Below, in pieces: positions 19,672 through 31,320 of a DNA stretch of 64,000 nucleotides. Below the pieces are notes generated by a model, which saw only the letters and a program-made list of their open reading frames with translations, was not told the DNA's origin and ran no database searches. The position numbers and the translations under genes are program-made. Origin of the DNA: Anaeromyxobacter sp. Its GTDB lineage: Bacteria > Myxococcota > Myxococcia > Myxococcales > Anaeromyxobacteraceae. The stretch spans positions 193,109-257,108 of the forward strand of contig JASGJN010000002.1 in NCBI GenBank assembly GCA_049840735.1, written 5' to 3'. How positions within the stretch are numbered: position 1 is the first letter of the stretch; each line of letters begins with the position of its first letter.

Positions 19672-21540
19672 ATGGAAAGCGCCGAAGTCACCCCCGAGCT
19701 GACCGACGCCGCGCCGCGCAGCGTGGTGGCGCGCAACGCCTTCCACCTGGTGCTGGGCCAGGCCGCCTCCACCGCGCTCGCCATCATGCTGAGCGCCATG
19801 CTGGGCCGGCAGCTCGGCGCGCACGGCTTCGGCCTGTACTACATCATCACGACCATCGGGACCTTCGCCTTCGTGTTCGTGGAGTGGGGCCAGCCGCTCT
19901 TCGTGATCCGCGCGGTCGCGACGGAGCCGGCGCGGGGCGGCGCGCTGCTCGGGTCCTCCCTCGCGCTCCGGGTCGCCTTCGCGGCCGCCGTCCTCGGCCC
20001 CTCCGCCCTCACCGCCTGGGCGCTCGGCTACGACGGCGAGACCATCGGCTACGCCCTGCTCTTCATCGGGGCCACGCTCCCCTTCTTCCTGGCGCAGGGC
20101 TTCGGGATGATCTTCCGGGCCCACGACCGGATGGGGGCGGACGCGGCGGTGTCGGTGATCAACAAGGTCCTGATCCTGGTCGTCGCCTGGCAGCTCATCG
20201 CGGGCGGCTGGGGCGTGCCCGGCCTGATCCTGGCCCTGGCCCTGGCCGGGTTCGTCGCCCTGGCGATGGCGGCCTGGGTCTACCACCGGATGCCGGCCCC
20301 GCGCCTCTCGTTCTCCCTGCAGGCCTGCCGGGAGATCGTGGTGGGCGGCGCCCCGATCATCGCGATGACCGCGGCGGTCTACGCGCAGCCCTACCTCGAC
20401 GCGGCCATCCTCTCGAAGCTGGTGCCGGCGACCGCCGTGGTGGGCTGGTACGGCGCGGCCCGGAACATCCTGGGGACGCTCATCGCGCCGGCCAACATCC
20501 TCGCCACGGCCAGCTACCCGAGGCTGTCCCGCGCCTCGGGCGACCCGGAGCAGTTCCGCACGGCGGCGCGCGAGGCGCTCCGGCCCATGCTCTTCCTGGG
20601 CGCGCTGGGCGGCGCCGGCACCTACCTGTTCGCCCACGTGGCCGTGCAGCTGGTCTACGGCCAGACCGGGTTCGAGCCGGCCGTCGACATCCTCCAGGTC
20701 TTCGCCCCGGGCCTCTTCCTGCTCTTCGTGGACATGCTGATGTCCACCGTGGTCTACGCCGCCGGCGGCGCGAAGGGGTTCGCGGTCGCCAAGATCCTGA
20801 GCGTGGCCGTGTCCACGGGGCTGGACCTGCTCCTGGTCCCGTTCTTCCAGGCCCGCTACGGGAACGGCGGGATCGGCGTGGTGGTGGCCTTCGCCCTGAG
20901 CGAGATCGTGGTCTTCGCCGGGGCGCTCCGCGTGATCCGCCGCGGCACCTTCGGGCGAGGGGCGCTGCTCGACGCCGGGCGGGCGCTGGCCGCCGCGGGC
21001 CTGACCGTCGCGCTGTTCGAGCTGGTCCCGACCGGCCCCTGGTTCGTGGGGATCCCGCTCTGCATGCTGGTGTTCACGTTGCTGGCCTTCGCGCTCGGCC
21101 TGGTGAAGCGGCACGATCTCGAGCTGCTGTTCGCCGTCGGCGGCTGGCGGCTGCCCTGGCGCAAGCCGGGGACAAGCCCGGGGCGCAGCCCTCTCCCTGA
21201 GCCGGGCGCTGGCGCGTCCCGCCCCCCGGGGGCGCGGCACGCCGGCACGTCCCGGGCTCGCGTGACGCCCGCGGCGCCCCCGACCGCTTATGTTCCGGGC
21301 CTCCCCGGGGCGGTGTGCGGAGGCGTGGTAGAGTCCGGGCCCGGGGGCGCTGCGCGAATGAAGACGCTCTTGCTGATGTCGCTGCTGCTCCTCACGTTCA
21401 TCGTGCCCCCGCTGGCGGCGCGGGACCCGAAGCCCGTCCGCGCGCTCCGGGCCATGCTGATCCTCTTCACCGCGTTCATCGCGCTCTACGCGACGTACGT
21501 GACGTTCTTCCACACGCGATTCTTCGTTCCGCACAGGTGA
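19672..21540 (+). CDS. wzx: Wzx flippase (core ends ~21130; as sequenced reads through into the downstream small ORF)
   Basis: VARNAFHLVLGQ...LG..GFGLY, many TM helices, VGWYGAA; MOP-family pattern. Confidence 0.9.
   Translation: MESAEVTPELTDAAPRSVVARNAFHLVLGQAASTALAIMLSAMLGRQLGAHGFGLYYIITTIGTFAFVFVEWGQPLFVIRAVATEPARGGALLGSSLALRVAFAAAVLGPSALTAWALGYDGETIGYALLFIGATLPFFLAQGFGMIFRAHDRMGADAAVSVINKVLILVVAWQLIAGGWGVPGLILALALAGFVALAMAAWVYHRMPAPRLSFSLQACREIVVGGAPIIAMTAAVYAQPYLDAAILSKLVPATAVVGWYGAARNILGTLIAPANILATASYPRLSRASGDPEQFRTAAREALRPMLFLGALGGAGTYLFAHVAVQLVYGQTGFEPAVDILQVFAPGLFLLFVDMLMSTVVYAAGGAKGFAVAKILSVAVSTGLDLLLVPFFQARYGNGGIGVVVAFALSEIVVFAGALRVIRRGTFGRGALLDAGRALAAAGLTVALFELVPTGPWFVGIPLCMLVFTLLAFALGLVKRHDLELLFAVGGWRLPWRKPGTSPGRSPLPEPGAGASRPPGARHAGTSRARVTPAAPPTAYVPGLPGAVCGGVVESGPGGAARMKTLLLMSLLLLTFIVPPLAARDPKPVRALRAMLILFTAFIALYATYVTFFHTRFFVPHR
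21358..21540 (+). CDS. Small two-helix membrane protein (probably a separate gene)
   Basis: MKTLLLMSLLLLTFIVPPLAARDPKPVRALRAMLILFTAFIALY...; own ATG after a low-complexity stretch. Confidence 0.55.
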   Translation: MKTLLLMSLLLLTFIVPPLAARDPKPVRALRAMLILFTAFIALYATYVTFFHTRFFVPHR

Positions 21541-21546
21541 GCAGCG

Positions 21547-22998
21547 ATGAACCCCATCCGTCACCGGACGCCGCACGTCTTCACCTCCGAGCCGCCGCGC
21601 GAGGATCAGCTCTTCGACTACGCCGCCATCGGCGACCACATCGGCTACGTGCTCCGCTCGGCCAAGCGCCACAAGCTCCTGTTCGCGGGCTGCGTGCTGG
21701 CGGTGGTGGCCGCGGCCGCCGCGCTCGCGATGGTCGTGCCCAAGCAGTACCAGATCACGGCCTCCCTGCTGGCCCGGCGGGCCCCGGTGATGGACGTCTT
21801 CTCCAACCCGGGCGTGAACCGCGACTGGGACGCGCCCGCCCGCGCCGCGGGCGAGGTGGTCATGCGGCGCAAGAACCTGGTCGCGCTCTGCGCCAAGACC
21901 AACTTCGTCGAGCGGCACCTCGCGTCGCGCTCGCCCATGGGGCTCGCGCGGGAGTGGGTCCGCAACAAGGTGGGCCGCCCCCTCACCGCCGAGGAGATCC
22001 TGGACGGGGTCGTCGACGGCATCGAGGAGAAGACCTGGGTCACCGTCGGCCAGGAGGGGACCGTCACCATCGGCTTCCAGTGGAGCAACCCGCAGCTGGC
22101 GTACGACTTCGTCCAGGCGGCGCTGGAGAGCTTCCTGCAGGCCCGCCACGAGGCGGAGGTGAGCAGCGTCCGCGAGACCATCGCCATCCTCGAGGCGCAC
22201 GACGCCCGCGTGCAGAAGGAGGCGGTGGAGCTGGCGGTCCGGCTCGAGGAGAAGGAGCGGGCGCTGCGCCCGCGGGGCGGCGGGGTCCGCCGCGCCCTCC
22301 CCGACCCGGCCCCGGCGCCCGCCGCCGGCGCCGACGACGAGCTGCAGCGGCTCGAGGCCACGCTGGCGCTCAAGCAGCGGGCGCTGGTGGACTTCGAGGA
22401 GTCGCAGCGCAGGCGCCTGGCCGACATGCACGGGCGGCTGGCCGAGCAGCTCAACGTCTACGCGCCGGAGCACCCCCTGATCGAGGAGACCCGGCGCACC
22501 ATCGAGGCGCTGCAGGGCCCCAACCCGCAGCTCGCCGCGCTCCAGGCCGAGGTGAAGGCCCTCGAGGCCGAGGCCCGCCGGCGCGGCGTCAGCCGCCCGG
22601 CCGGCACCTCCGCGTCGCTGCTGCAGAGCCTGGCCCTGTCCGCCCCGCCCGACCTGTCGGCCACCGCGGACCCGCGGCTCGAGTACGATCGCAACCAGCT
22701 GGGCGCCCTGCTGCGGCAGCACGCCAACCTGCTCGATCGCATCGCCGCCGCCCGCGTCGAGATCGACACCGCCGAGGCGGCGTTCAAGTACCGCTACAGC
22801 GTGATCAGCCCGCCGCAGATGCCCAAGGGACCGGTCAAGAACCTCCCCGTGCTGCTGGTGGCCGCCGGCCTGGTGGGCGGCGTGCTGGTGGGCCTGTTCG
22901 CGACCACCCTGACCGACATCCGGCGCGGCCTGGTGATCGAGGCGTGGCAGATCGAGCGGACCATGGGCGTCACCGTCCTGACCAAGATCGAGCGGTGA
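21547..22998 (+). CDS. Polysaccharide co-polymerase (Wzc/GumC/ExoC-like PCP, no kinase domain)
   Basis: TM-PKQYQITASLL, long coiled coil, YSVISPPQMPKGP, second TM. Confidence 0.88.
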   Translation: MNPIRHRTPHVFTSEPPREDQLFDYAAIGDHIGYVLRSAKRHKLLFAGCVLAVVAAAAALAMVVPKQYQITASLLARRAPVMDVFSNPGVNRDWDAPARAAGEVVMRRKNLVALCAKTNFVERHLASRSPMGLAREWVRNKVGRPLTAEEILDGVVDGIEEKTWVTVGQEGTVTIGFQWSNPQLAYDFVQAALESFLQARHEAEVSSVRETIAILEAHDARVQKEAVELAVRLEEKERALRPRGGGVRRALPDPAPAPAAGADDELQRLEATLALKQRALVDFEESQRRRLADMHGRLAEQLNVYAPEHPLIEETRRTIEALQGPNPQLAALQAEVKALEAEARRRGVSRPAGTSASLLQSLALSAPPDLSATADPRLEYDRNQLGALLRQHANLLDRIAAARVEIDTAEAAFKYRYSVISPPQMPKGPVKNLPVLLVAAGLVGGVLVGLFATTLTDIRRGLVIEAWQIERTMGVTVLTKIER

Positions 22999-24525
22999 TC
23001 GCGGTGGGCGAGCGGGCCGGGCGCTTCGACGGGCTCACGGCCCTGGCGATCGGCGTCGTGCTGGCCGCCACCGTGGCGCTCCTCGCCGTCACCGGCGGGA
23101 ACCCCGGCGCGGCGGCGGCCCCCGTGCTGCTGATCGCCGGCGCGTACGCGCTGGCCACCTTCCCGGTGCGCTGGGCCACCACCGGCATGGTGTTCCTGAT
23201 GCTGGCGCTGGACGTGGCCGGCGACGGCTACGGCATCTGGAACACGCCCTTCATCCTCCTCGGCGACGTGCTCACCGACGTCTCGGGGGCGATCACCCAC
23301 GTGAAGGTGGCCGGCTTCGAGGTGCTCACCTTCCTGCTGCTGGCGGTGGTGGTCTTCCGCCGATCGGTGGGCTCGGCGCGCGACGGCCTGAACCCGGTCC
23401 CGGTGGCCACCGCCGCCCGGGACGCGCTGCTCCTCTACCTGCTGGGCTTCCTCTACGCCGAGGCCATCAGCGTGGCCAGCGGCCACGGCCTCGCCCCGTG
23501 GAAGGCGCGCTACCTCCTCCACGTCCCGCTCCTGTTCCTGCTCTTCCAGGCGGCGTACCGCGACCCGCGGGACTTCCGCGCGCTGGCCATGGCGGTGGTG
23601 GCGGCGGCGCAGATCAAGGGGCTCATCGCCTTCTACGTGCAGATCGTGGCCGTGCGGCTCACCGGCGGGAAGCTGGCGTACGCCACCAACCACGGCGACT
23701 CGGTCCTGTTCGTGATGGCGCTGGTCATCCTGGCGGTGCGGGTCATGGAGCAGACCAGCCGCAGGGCCATGCTGGAGGCCGCCGCGCTGGCCGTGCTCCC
23801 CATGGTGGGCCTGATGGAGAACGGGCGGCGCATCGCCTGGGCCATGCTCGAGCTGGCGCTGATGCTCATCTACTTCGTCAGCCCCTGGAAGGCCTGGAAG
23901 CGCACGGTGACCCGGGCCATCCTGATCGGCGCGCCGGTGCTCCTGCTCTACGTGGCCGCCGGCTGGAACAGCGGCGGCGGCGGCCTGTTCGGCCCGGTGC
24001 ACAAGATCCGGACCATGCTGGACGGCTCGGTGGACTCCTCGACGTTCTGGCGGGAGGTGGAGGCCTGGAACGTGGCCAACACCATGCGCGACCGGCCCTA
24101 CATCGGGACGGGGCTGGGCGGCGAGTACGTCGAGACCATGATGAACGACGACATCTCGGCCGGCTACAAGGAGTACCGGGAGTGGCCCCACAACACCGTG
24201 CTCGGGCTGCTCCTCTACGCCGGGCTCCCCGGGTTCACGCTCACGTGGTTCGTCTACCCGGTGACCCTGTTCCTCGCGGTCCGAATCCTACCGGCACGGC
24301 CGGACCGCGGAGGAGCGCGCCGGAGCGCTGGTCTGCTGCGCCGGGGTCGTGGCCACCGCCTTCATGGCCTGGGGCGACACCGGCCTCCACTTCACGCAGG
24401 CCAAGATCTCGCTGGCGGCCTCGCTGGCGCTGGCGAGCAAGCTCGCGGTGAGCACCGGGGCCTGGCCCAACCGCCGGCCGGCGCCGACGGCCCCGCAGCC
24501 CGAGCAGGCGCTGCCGGCCGCCTGA
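22995..24525 (+). CDS. wzy: Wzy-like polymerase, O-antigen ligase family (apparent frameshift ~24285)
   Basis: Many TMs, loop with GTGLGG and PHNTVLGLL; correcting GAATC to GATC restores the C-terminal TMs. Confidence 0.85.
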
Positions 24526-24592
24526 GCGCGCGCGAGGGCCGGGCCGCGGACGGCGCCGGGCCGGGCGCCGGCCCCCGCCTCCGCCGCCGGGC

Positions 24593-25828
24593 TCAGGCCT
24601 GCGCGGCGCGCTCCGGCGCGGACTCGAAGTGCCGCTTGAGCCCCAGGAACCGCTTCTCGACCAGCTCGTAGCTGGCCCAGGCGACCGCCACCGAGACGGC
24701 GATGCCCAGCCCGCCCTGCAGCAGCACGGCCAGGAAGTGGTTCCCGACCCAGCCGGCCACCACGTGCTCGGTCCGGTGGCTCAGCAGGTAGTAGGACAGG
24801 AAGTGGTGGTAGACGTAGGCGCCGTAGCTGTACTTGCCCAGGAACGTCAGCGGCCTGCTGCAGAAGACCCGGTTCAAGGGTGAGCCGCCGGCGGAGAAGA
24901 GCGCCCACAGCAGCAGCACCGCCAGCACCACCGTGAGCGAGGCCGCCCGGATCGAGTAGCACAGGCTCAGCGCGGACTGGCTCACCACCACCCAGGCGTA
25001 GGTCACGGCCGTCAGCCCGACGGCGGCCACGCCCGCCTTCCCCAGGTGGCGGCGGATGGTCTCGGCGCCGCCGGGCTGGCGCACCAGGAGCGCGAGGAAC
25101 CCGCCCAGCGCCAGGCCGTCGAGGCGGAACGGCGTGAAGACGTAGGTGGTCCACCAGGAGAGCCCGGCCAGGTTCCCGGCGGTCCGGGCCACCATCGCCG
25201 CGACCGAGATGGCCAGGCTGGTCCACATGAGCCGGCGCGGGTTCTTCCCCATCACCCAGACCAGCGCGGGCCACAGGAAGTAGAAGTGCTCCTCCACGCA
25301 CAGCGACCAGAAGTGATCGACGTAGGAGAGCAGCCAGTCGCCGTGGATTGCGATGTACACGTTGACGCCGTAGAGCCACGCCCAGCCCTGGCGCTCGCGC
25401 AGGTAGTCGAGCTGCGCCCCCTGGAACGCCGGGATGAGCGGCGCCACCAGGAACACGGCCACCAGCACCATGTAGTAGAGCGGGAAGATCCGCAGCAGGC
25501 GCCGCATGTAGAAGTTGCGGAAGTAGTGCGGCTTCTCGCGGGCGTCCTGCAGGATGCCGGTGATGAGGAACCCGGAGAGGACGAAGAAGAGCTCCACGCC
25601 GTAGGCGCCGAAGGCCAGCAGGTAGGCCACCTTCCGCTCCAGCCAGGTGGAGGCGTCCATCTGGCCGATGAAGTGGAAGACCAGCACCATCAGGACGGCC
25701 AGCCCGCGCACGCCGTCCAGCGCGGGCATGTGCCCGCGCGGCGCGTCCGTCGGCTCGCCGCGGGCTGCGCTCGGCGCCCGGCCTGCGGTGGATGGGTCGG
25801 AGGGGGCGATGGCGGAGGCCGTCTTCAT
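24593..25828 (-). CDS. Acyltransferase family 3 (OafA-like)
   Basis: LDGVRGLAVLMVLVFH, GVELFFVLSGFLIT, RRLLRIFP.YY, HFWSLCVEEHFY. Confidence 0.95.
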   Translation of the reverse strand: MKTASAIAPSDPSTAGRAPSAARGEPTDAPRGHMPALDGVRGLAVLMVLVFHFIGQMDASTWLERKVAYLLAFGAYGVELFFVLSGFLITGILQDAREKPHYFRNFYMRRLLRIFPLYYMVLVAVFLVAPLIPAFQGAQLDYLRERQGWAWLYGVNVYIAIHGDWLLSYVDHFWSLCVEEHFYFLWPALVWVMGKNPRRLMWTSLAISVAAMVARTAGNLAGLSWWTTYVFTPFRLDGLALGGFLALLVRQPGGAETIRRHLGKAGVAAVGLTAVTYAWVVVSQSALSLCYSIRAASLTVVLAVLLLWALFSAGGSPLNRVFCSRPLTFLGKYSYGAYVYHHFLSYYLLSHRTEHVVAGWVGNHFLAVLLQGGLGIAVSVAVAWASYELVEKRFLGLKRHFESAPERAAQA

Positions 25829-25958
25829 GGGGACGGCCACTCTAGCCAACAGGCGAAACGCGGCACAAGCCGGCAGTCGGGCGCCGCGCGGGCTGTGGCC
25901 GCCCGCCCGTCACCTCACCGTGTGACGCGACCCCGCGGCGCGTCGGGGCCGCGCCCGC

Positions 25959-27560
25959 TCACTGCAGCAGGGTGTCGTAGCGCGCGCGGGCCGGGAGGGT
26001 CGCCGTCTTGGTCGTCCCCTCCGGCGTGACCCACGGCCAGGCGCTGGCGCCGAAGAAGGCCGGCTTCACCTGGTGGTAGGCCGAGGCCGGCAGGGTCATG
26101 GTGGTCGAGCCGTCCTGGTCCTGCTGGCTGCGGACGTACTCCCAGTTCGCGTGGCGCAGGATGGTGGACGCCACCAGGGGATCGGTGACGGAGGTGCGGT
26201 TCCCGGCGCTGTAGCCGAGCTGCCACACGTTCTTCTCGCCGTACGGCGCGGCGAGGTCCTCGAAGGTCCAGCCGGTCATCCCGGACCAGCCCAGCACGTT
26301 GCCCACGAAGTTGTAGTAGCGGTGGCCCTGCATGATCTTCACGACCGCCACGTCGGTGGTGTCGTTGAAGTCGCGGTTCAGGCCGCGCAGCGCGTTGCGG
26401 AAGAACGTGTTGTGCGTGGCGCCGCCCCAGGCGTCGTCCGAGCCGGCGTTGAAGGCCTCGTTGCCCTCGAAGAGCTCCATGTGCGCGCCGGCCATGTGGG
26501 CGGCGTTGATGCCCACCTCCTGCCAGCCCGGCACGTTGTCGATGTGGCCGTCGTCCATGTAGTTGTAGCCGATGACGTTGCCGCCGCCGGTGGCGCGCAT
26601 GACCATCACCTTGTTGAACCGCATGACGATGTTGTTCTCGAACAGGTTGTCCGAGGCGCCGTAGTTCATGGACAGGCCGTAGCCGCCGCCGCCGGGGCGC
26701 GGCGTCGGCGTCTCGTGGATGTACGAGTCGCGGACCTCGCAGCGGAACGTGCCGTCGAAGTTGATGCTGGACCCGGCGCTCCAGTAGCTCTCCACGTTCT
26801 TCACCCACGAGTACTTGGCGTGCCAGAGGTGGATGTTGCCCTCGGAGTCGCCGCCCTCGCCGTTCGCGACGTAGACGTCCTCCAGGCCGTGGAAGCTGGT
26901 GGGCGCGTTCTGGTACTTCACCAGCTGCGCGGTGTACGCGGTGTAGAAGTCGTAGTGGAGCGGGGTGGAGAAGGTGACGGTGTTGCCGCTGACCGAGGCC
27001 ACCTCGAGGATTCTGGTTGGTGAACCGCCCCTGGCGGTTGAACCAGCCCTGGGCCTGCGGGTAGTCACCGCCGCCCGGCGACATGCGGGCCGAGAGCCAG
27101 ATGCGCGAGTCGGGCAGCTGGTCGATCAGCACCAGCTCACCCACCGTGAAGCCGGGGTTGGAGGCCAGCGTCACCGAGGTGGCGCCCTTGACGCCGTTCG
27201 AGGCCAGGTTGGTGGCGGTCCCGAACTTGTCCGAGGTCCACCGGTTGCCCAGCACCACCACGGCGTGGTTCGAGCCGGCGGGCTTCACCAGCCGCGCGGT
27301 GGGCCGGCCGTTCGCGTCCACCGCCCCGCGCAGCACCACATTGGACTTGCCCAGGACGACCCCGTTGCCGGTGATGGTGTACGTCCCGGCGTTGAGCTTC
27401 ACCACCTGCCCTGCCGGGCAGGCCTGGATGGCGGCGTTGATGGCCGCGGTGTCGTCGCCCCCGCTGGGGGACAGCGTCGCGCAGAGGGTTGAGCGCGCGG
27501 GGATCCCGCCCTGGCTCATCAGCCCGGGGTTCCAGATGGTGCGGCGATCCGCGTCGATGA
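25959..27560 (-). repeat. ~1.6 kb repeat, copy A (beta-helix domain)
   Basis: Long tracts identical to 28780-30377 (inverted) and 40794-42390 (direct), including synonymous positions. Confidence 0.9.
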
Positions 27561-27942
27561 TGCCGGACAGGTCGGTGCTCGAGGGGGTCACGACCCGCGC
27601 CGTGGCGCTGGCCTGCAGCGACGCGTCCACGATGCTGGTGGCCACGATGTTGAAGCTGCCGGTGGTGGCGGGCGCCACGTAATGACCGTTCGCGTCGATC
27701 ACGCCGCCGCCGGCCTCGATCACCGACCAGACCACCTCCGAGCTCGAGAGCCCGGTCACCTGGGCGCTGAAGTCGGTCGCCCCCCCGGGCACCAGCTCGA
27801 TCACGCGCGGGGCCACCACGATGGCAGGGGTCTGCGAGGAGCCACCGAGGCCGGGGACGATCGCCTCCTGGCAGGCGGCGAGCAGGAGCGCGGCGGCCAG
27901 CGTCCAGATCCGGGTGCGGTGGGCATTCGGGCGATCGACCAT
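25959..27942 (-). CDS. Lipoprotein, Ig-like domain plus right-handed beta-helix (pectate lyase 3/GH55-like); paralog 1 (apparent frameshift ~27011)
   Basis: LLLAAC lipobox; VVWSV..GGG.I..NG.YVAP Ig motif; GDDTAAINAAIQAC; two ORFs join on removing one base. Confidence 0.8.
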
Positions 27943-28451
27943 TCTTGACGGCCTCCTGTCGCGCGACTCGGTCGGGCGGCCCGACCCGTGTCACGTGATT
28001 CCGGTACGACCGTCGAGAAATGCATGCTGCTGCGCCGTCCGTCAAGAACCCGGCCCGTCAGCGCTGGCGCATCTCGTCGCGCCCCTCCTTGTGGGCGGGG
28101 CGGCCTGGTGAGGCGCGTGAAACGCGGGCCGCGAGCGCATGTCACTGCGAGTGATGACGGCGCCGGGGCCGGTGCGCCTGGCCGGGCGGGATCACTTCGT
28201 CGGGGCGCGCCGCCGCCTCCTCGTTAAGCATCGGGGGCTGGTGCCCGCGGCCTGGAACGAACCCGGGCCGGAGTCGTCCCAAGGAGCGTGATCCGCGGTG
28301 CGAGAGGATGCGTGGAGCAGCGAGACGTTCGAAGATGTGCGCGGATTGGCGATTCTTCCCTCCGTTTACGTGCGCAGCGACAACTGACAGTATGTCCACG
28401 GATCATGTGACGGTGCGGAACGGTACACCGTCCACAGGAGAGCGCCCGAAG

Positions 28452-30377
28452 ATGCCGAACACACTGTCCGCCGCCGCCGCCGCGTTGCTCGCCACCTCTC
28501 TCCTCTCCGCCGGCTGCGACAGCCGGAGCGCGCCGCCCGGCGCCGCCCCCAGCCGCGCCCCCGCCGCGAACGCCGCGGCCCCGACCGGCTCGGCGGCCGC
28601 GCCCAACCAGGTCCAGTGGACGGTCCAGGAGGGCGGCGGCGGGAGCGTGAACTCGAGCGGCCAGTACACGGCGCCTTCCACTGCAGGTGACTACCACGTG
28701 GTGGCGGCGAGCGCCGTCAACCCGCTGGTGGCCGGCTCGGCGCTGGTCCACGTCACCGCCGGCTCCTCCTCGGAGATCATCCCGGCGGACCGGCGCACGA
28801 CCTGGAACCCGGGCCTGATGAGCCAGGGCGGCCTGCCCATCCGCAACACCCTCTGCGCGACGCTCTCCCCGAGCGGCGGCGACGACACCGCCGCCATCAA
28901 CGCGGCCATCCAGGCCTGCCCGGCCACCCAGGTGGTGAAGCTCAACGCCGGCACCTACCGCATCTCCGGGCAGGGCATCCTCCTCAACCGGTCCAACGTG
29001 GTGCTGCGCGGCGCGGTGGACGCGAACGGCCGGCCCACGGCCCGGCTGGTGAAGGTCACCGGCACCAACGCGGCGGTGGTGGTGCTGGGCAACCGGTGGA
29101 CCTCGGACAAGTTCGGGACCGCCACCAACCTGGCCTCGAACGGCGTCAAGGGCGCCACCTCGGTGACGCTGGCCTCCAACCCCGGCTTCACGGTGGGTGA
29201 GCTGGTGATGATCGACCAGCTGCCCGACTCGCGCATCTGGCTCTCGGCCCGCATGTCACCGGGCGGCGGCGACTACCCGCAGGCCCAGGGCTGGTTCAAC
29301 CGCCAGGGGCGGTTCACCAACCAAATCCTCGAGGTGGCCTCGGTCAGCGGCAACACCGTCACCTTCTCCACCCCGCTCCACTACGACTTCTATACGGCCT
29401 ACACGGCGCAGCTGGTGAAGTACACCAACGCCCCCACCAGCTGGCACGGCCTGGAGGACGTCTACGTCGCGAACGGCGAGGGCGGCGACTCCGAGGGCAA
29501 CATCCACCTCTGGCACGCCAAGTACTCGTGGGTGAAGAACGTGGAGAGCTACTGGAGCGGCGGCTCCAGCATCAACTTCGACGGCACGTTCCGCTGCGAG
29601 GTCCGCGACTCGTACATCCACGAGACGCCCACGCCGCGCCCCGGCGGCGGCGGCTACGGCCTGTCCATGAACTACGGCGCCTCGGACAACCTGTTCGAGA
29701 ACAACATCGTCATGCGGTTCAACAAGGTGATGGTCATGCGCGCCACCGGCGGCGGCAACGTCATCGGCTACAACTACATGGACGACGGCTACATCGACAA
29801 CGTGCCGGGCTGGCAGGAGGTGGGCATCAACGCCGCCCACATGGCCGGCGCGCACATGGAGCTGTTCGAGGGCAACATGGCCTTCGGCGCCGGCTCCGAC
29901 GACGCCTGGGGCGGCGCCACGCACAACACGTTCTTCCGCAACGCGCTGCGCGGCCTGAACCGCGACTTCAACGACACCACCGACGTGGCGGTCGTGAAGA
30001 TCATGCAGGGCCACCGCTACTACAACTTCGTGGGCAACGTGCTGGGCTGGTCCGGGATGACCGGCTGGACCTTCGAGGACCTCGCCGCGCCGTACGGGGA
30101 GCGGAACATCTGGGAGCTGGGCTACAGCGCCGGGAACCGCAGCTCCGTCACCGACGCCCTGGTCGGCTCCACCATCCTGCGCCACGGCAACTGGGACTAC
30201 GTCCGCAACCAGCAGGACCAGTACGGCACCACCACCGCCGCGATGCCCAGCTCGCTCTACCTCTCCGGCCGCCCCGCCTTCTTCGGCACCAACGCCTGGC
30301 CGTGGGTCACGCCGGAGGGGACGACCAAGGCGGGGACGCTGCCCGCCCGCGCGCGCTACGACAACCTGCTGCAGTGA
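28452..30377 (+). CDS. Lipoprotein, partial Ig-like plus beta-helix; paralog 2
   Basis: AGGAG RBS, LLSAGC lipobox, ~530 aa domain near-identical to paralogs 1 and 3. Confidence 0.82.
   Translation: MPNTLSAAAAALLATSLLSAGCDSRSAPPGAAPSRAPAANAAAPTGSAAAPNQVQWTVQEGGGGSVNSSGQYTAPSTAGDYHVVAASAVNPLVAGSALVHVTAGSSSEIIPADRRTTWNPGLMSQGGLPIRNTLCATLSPSGGDDTAAINAAIQACPATQVVKLNAGTYRISGQGILLNRSNVVLRGAVDANGRPTARLVKVTGTNAAVVVLGNRWTSDKFGTATNLASNGVKGATSVTLASNPGFTVGELVMIDQLPDSRIWLSARMSPGGGDYPQAQGWFNRQGRFTNQILEVASVSGNTVTFSTPLHYDFYTAYTAQLVKYTNAPTSWHGLEDVYVANGEGGDSEGNIHLWHAKYSWVKNVESYWSGGSSINFDGTFRCEVRDSYIHETPTPRPGGGGYGLSMNYGASDNLFENNIVMRFNKVMVMRATGGGNVIGYNYMDDGYIDNVPGWQEVGINAAHMAGAHMELFEGNMAFGAGSDDAWGGATHNTFFRNALRGLNRDFNDTTDVAVVKIMQGHRYYNFVGNVLGWSGMTGWTFEDLAAPYGERNIWELGYSAGNRSSVTDALVGSTILRHGNWDYVRNQQDQYGTTTAAMPSSLYLSGRPAFFGTNAWPWVTPEGTTKAGTLPARARYDNLLQ
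28780..30377 (+). repeat. ~1.6 kb repeat, copy B
   Basis: Inverted relative to copies A and C. Confidence 0.9.
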
Positions 30378-30544
30378 CGCTGCGGCGCGATCGCGCCCCC
30401 TGATCCTGGGAGGCCGCGAGCATTGCCGGCCGCTGCGCCCTCGACTACGTTGGGGCCCAACCCCCGACATCGAGGGCGCCGCGGTGGCGCCCGTGCGCGG
30501 CCCGTCCTCGGGCACGGGCAGTCCAGGGGTGTCGGAGGGGACGC

Positions 30545-31310
30545 GTGGGACAACCAGCCGAGGCCATCGTCGGAGCGGAAGCGGTCGCGCCGTTCGAGCT
30601 GGGCGGAATCCCCATCAGTCACCCGTCCGGGCTACACGCCTTCGAGTGGTCGGGCCCGACCCGCTTCGTGACCACGCTCAACGCCGAGCTGGTCCTGATG
30701 GCGCGGCGCGATCCGGCCTTCGCCGCGTTCCTGCAGCGCAACGTCATCACCGTCGACGGCCAGTGGACGCTGTGGGCTGCGCGCCGCAAGCGCGGGGCCG
30801 AGGGCGTGACCAAGCAGAGCGGCTTCGACCTGCTGAGCGCCATCGCCGGCGCCTGCGCGCGCGACGGCCGGCGGCTCTTCATCCTGGGGGCCGCGCCGGA
30901 CGCCAACGCCCGCGCGGTGCAGCGGCTGGCCGAGACGCACGGCTGGGCCGGGGTGGGCGGCTACTCGCCCCCGCACGCGCCGTTCCCCTTCCCCGAGCCG
31001 TTCGACGCCCAGAATCCGGGCCCAGGTGGCCGCGGCGCGCCCCGACGTCCTGGTCATCGCGTTCGGCGCTCCCAAGCAGGAGTTCTGGGCGCGCGACCAC
31101 GCCGCCTTCCTGCAGGAGCTGGGCGTCTCCCACGTGCTGTTCCTGGGCGGCGCGGTGGACATGCTGGCGGGCAAGTACAACCGGGCCCCGAAGCTGGTGC
31201 GCCGGCTGGGCCTGGAGAGCCCCTACCGGCTGGTGCAGGCGCCCGGCCGCTGGCGGCGCGAGCTGCGCAAGCTCCAGTTCCTGTGGCTCTTCCTCACCGG
31301 CAAGCTCTGA
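30545..31310 (+). CDS. WecB/TagA/CpsF (GT26) glycosyltransferase (apparent frameshift ~31014; start uncertain)
   Basis: TLNAE, DG, SGFDL, FILGA / PDVLVIAFGAPKQE, GGAVD, RAP....GLE. Confidence 0.88.
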
Positions 31311-31320
31311 AAGGCACCCC

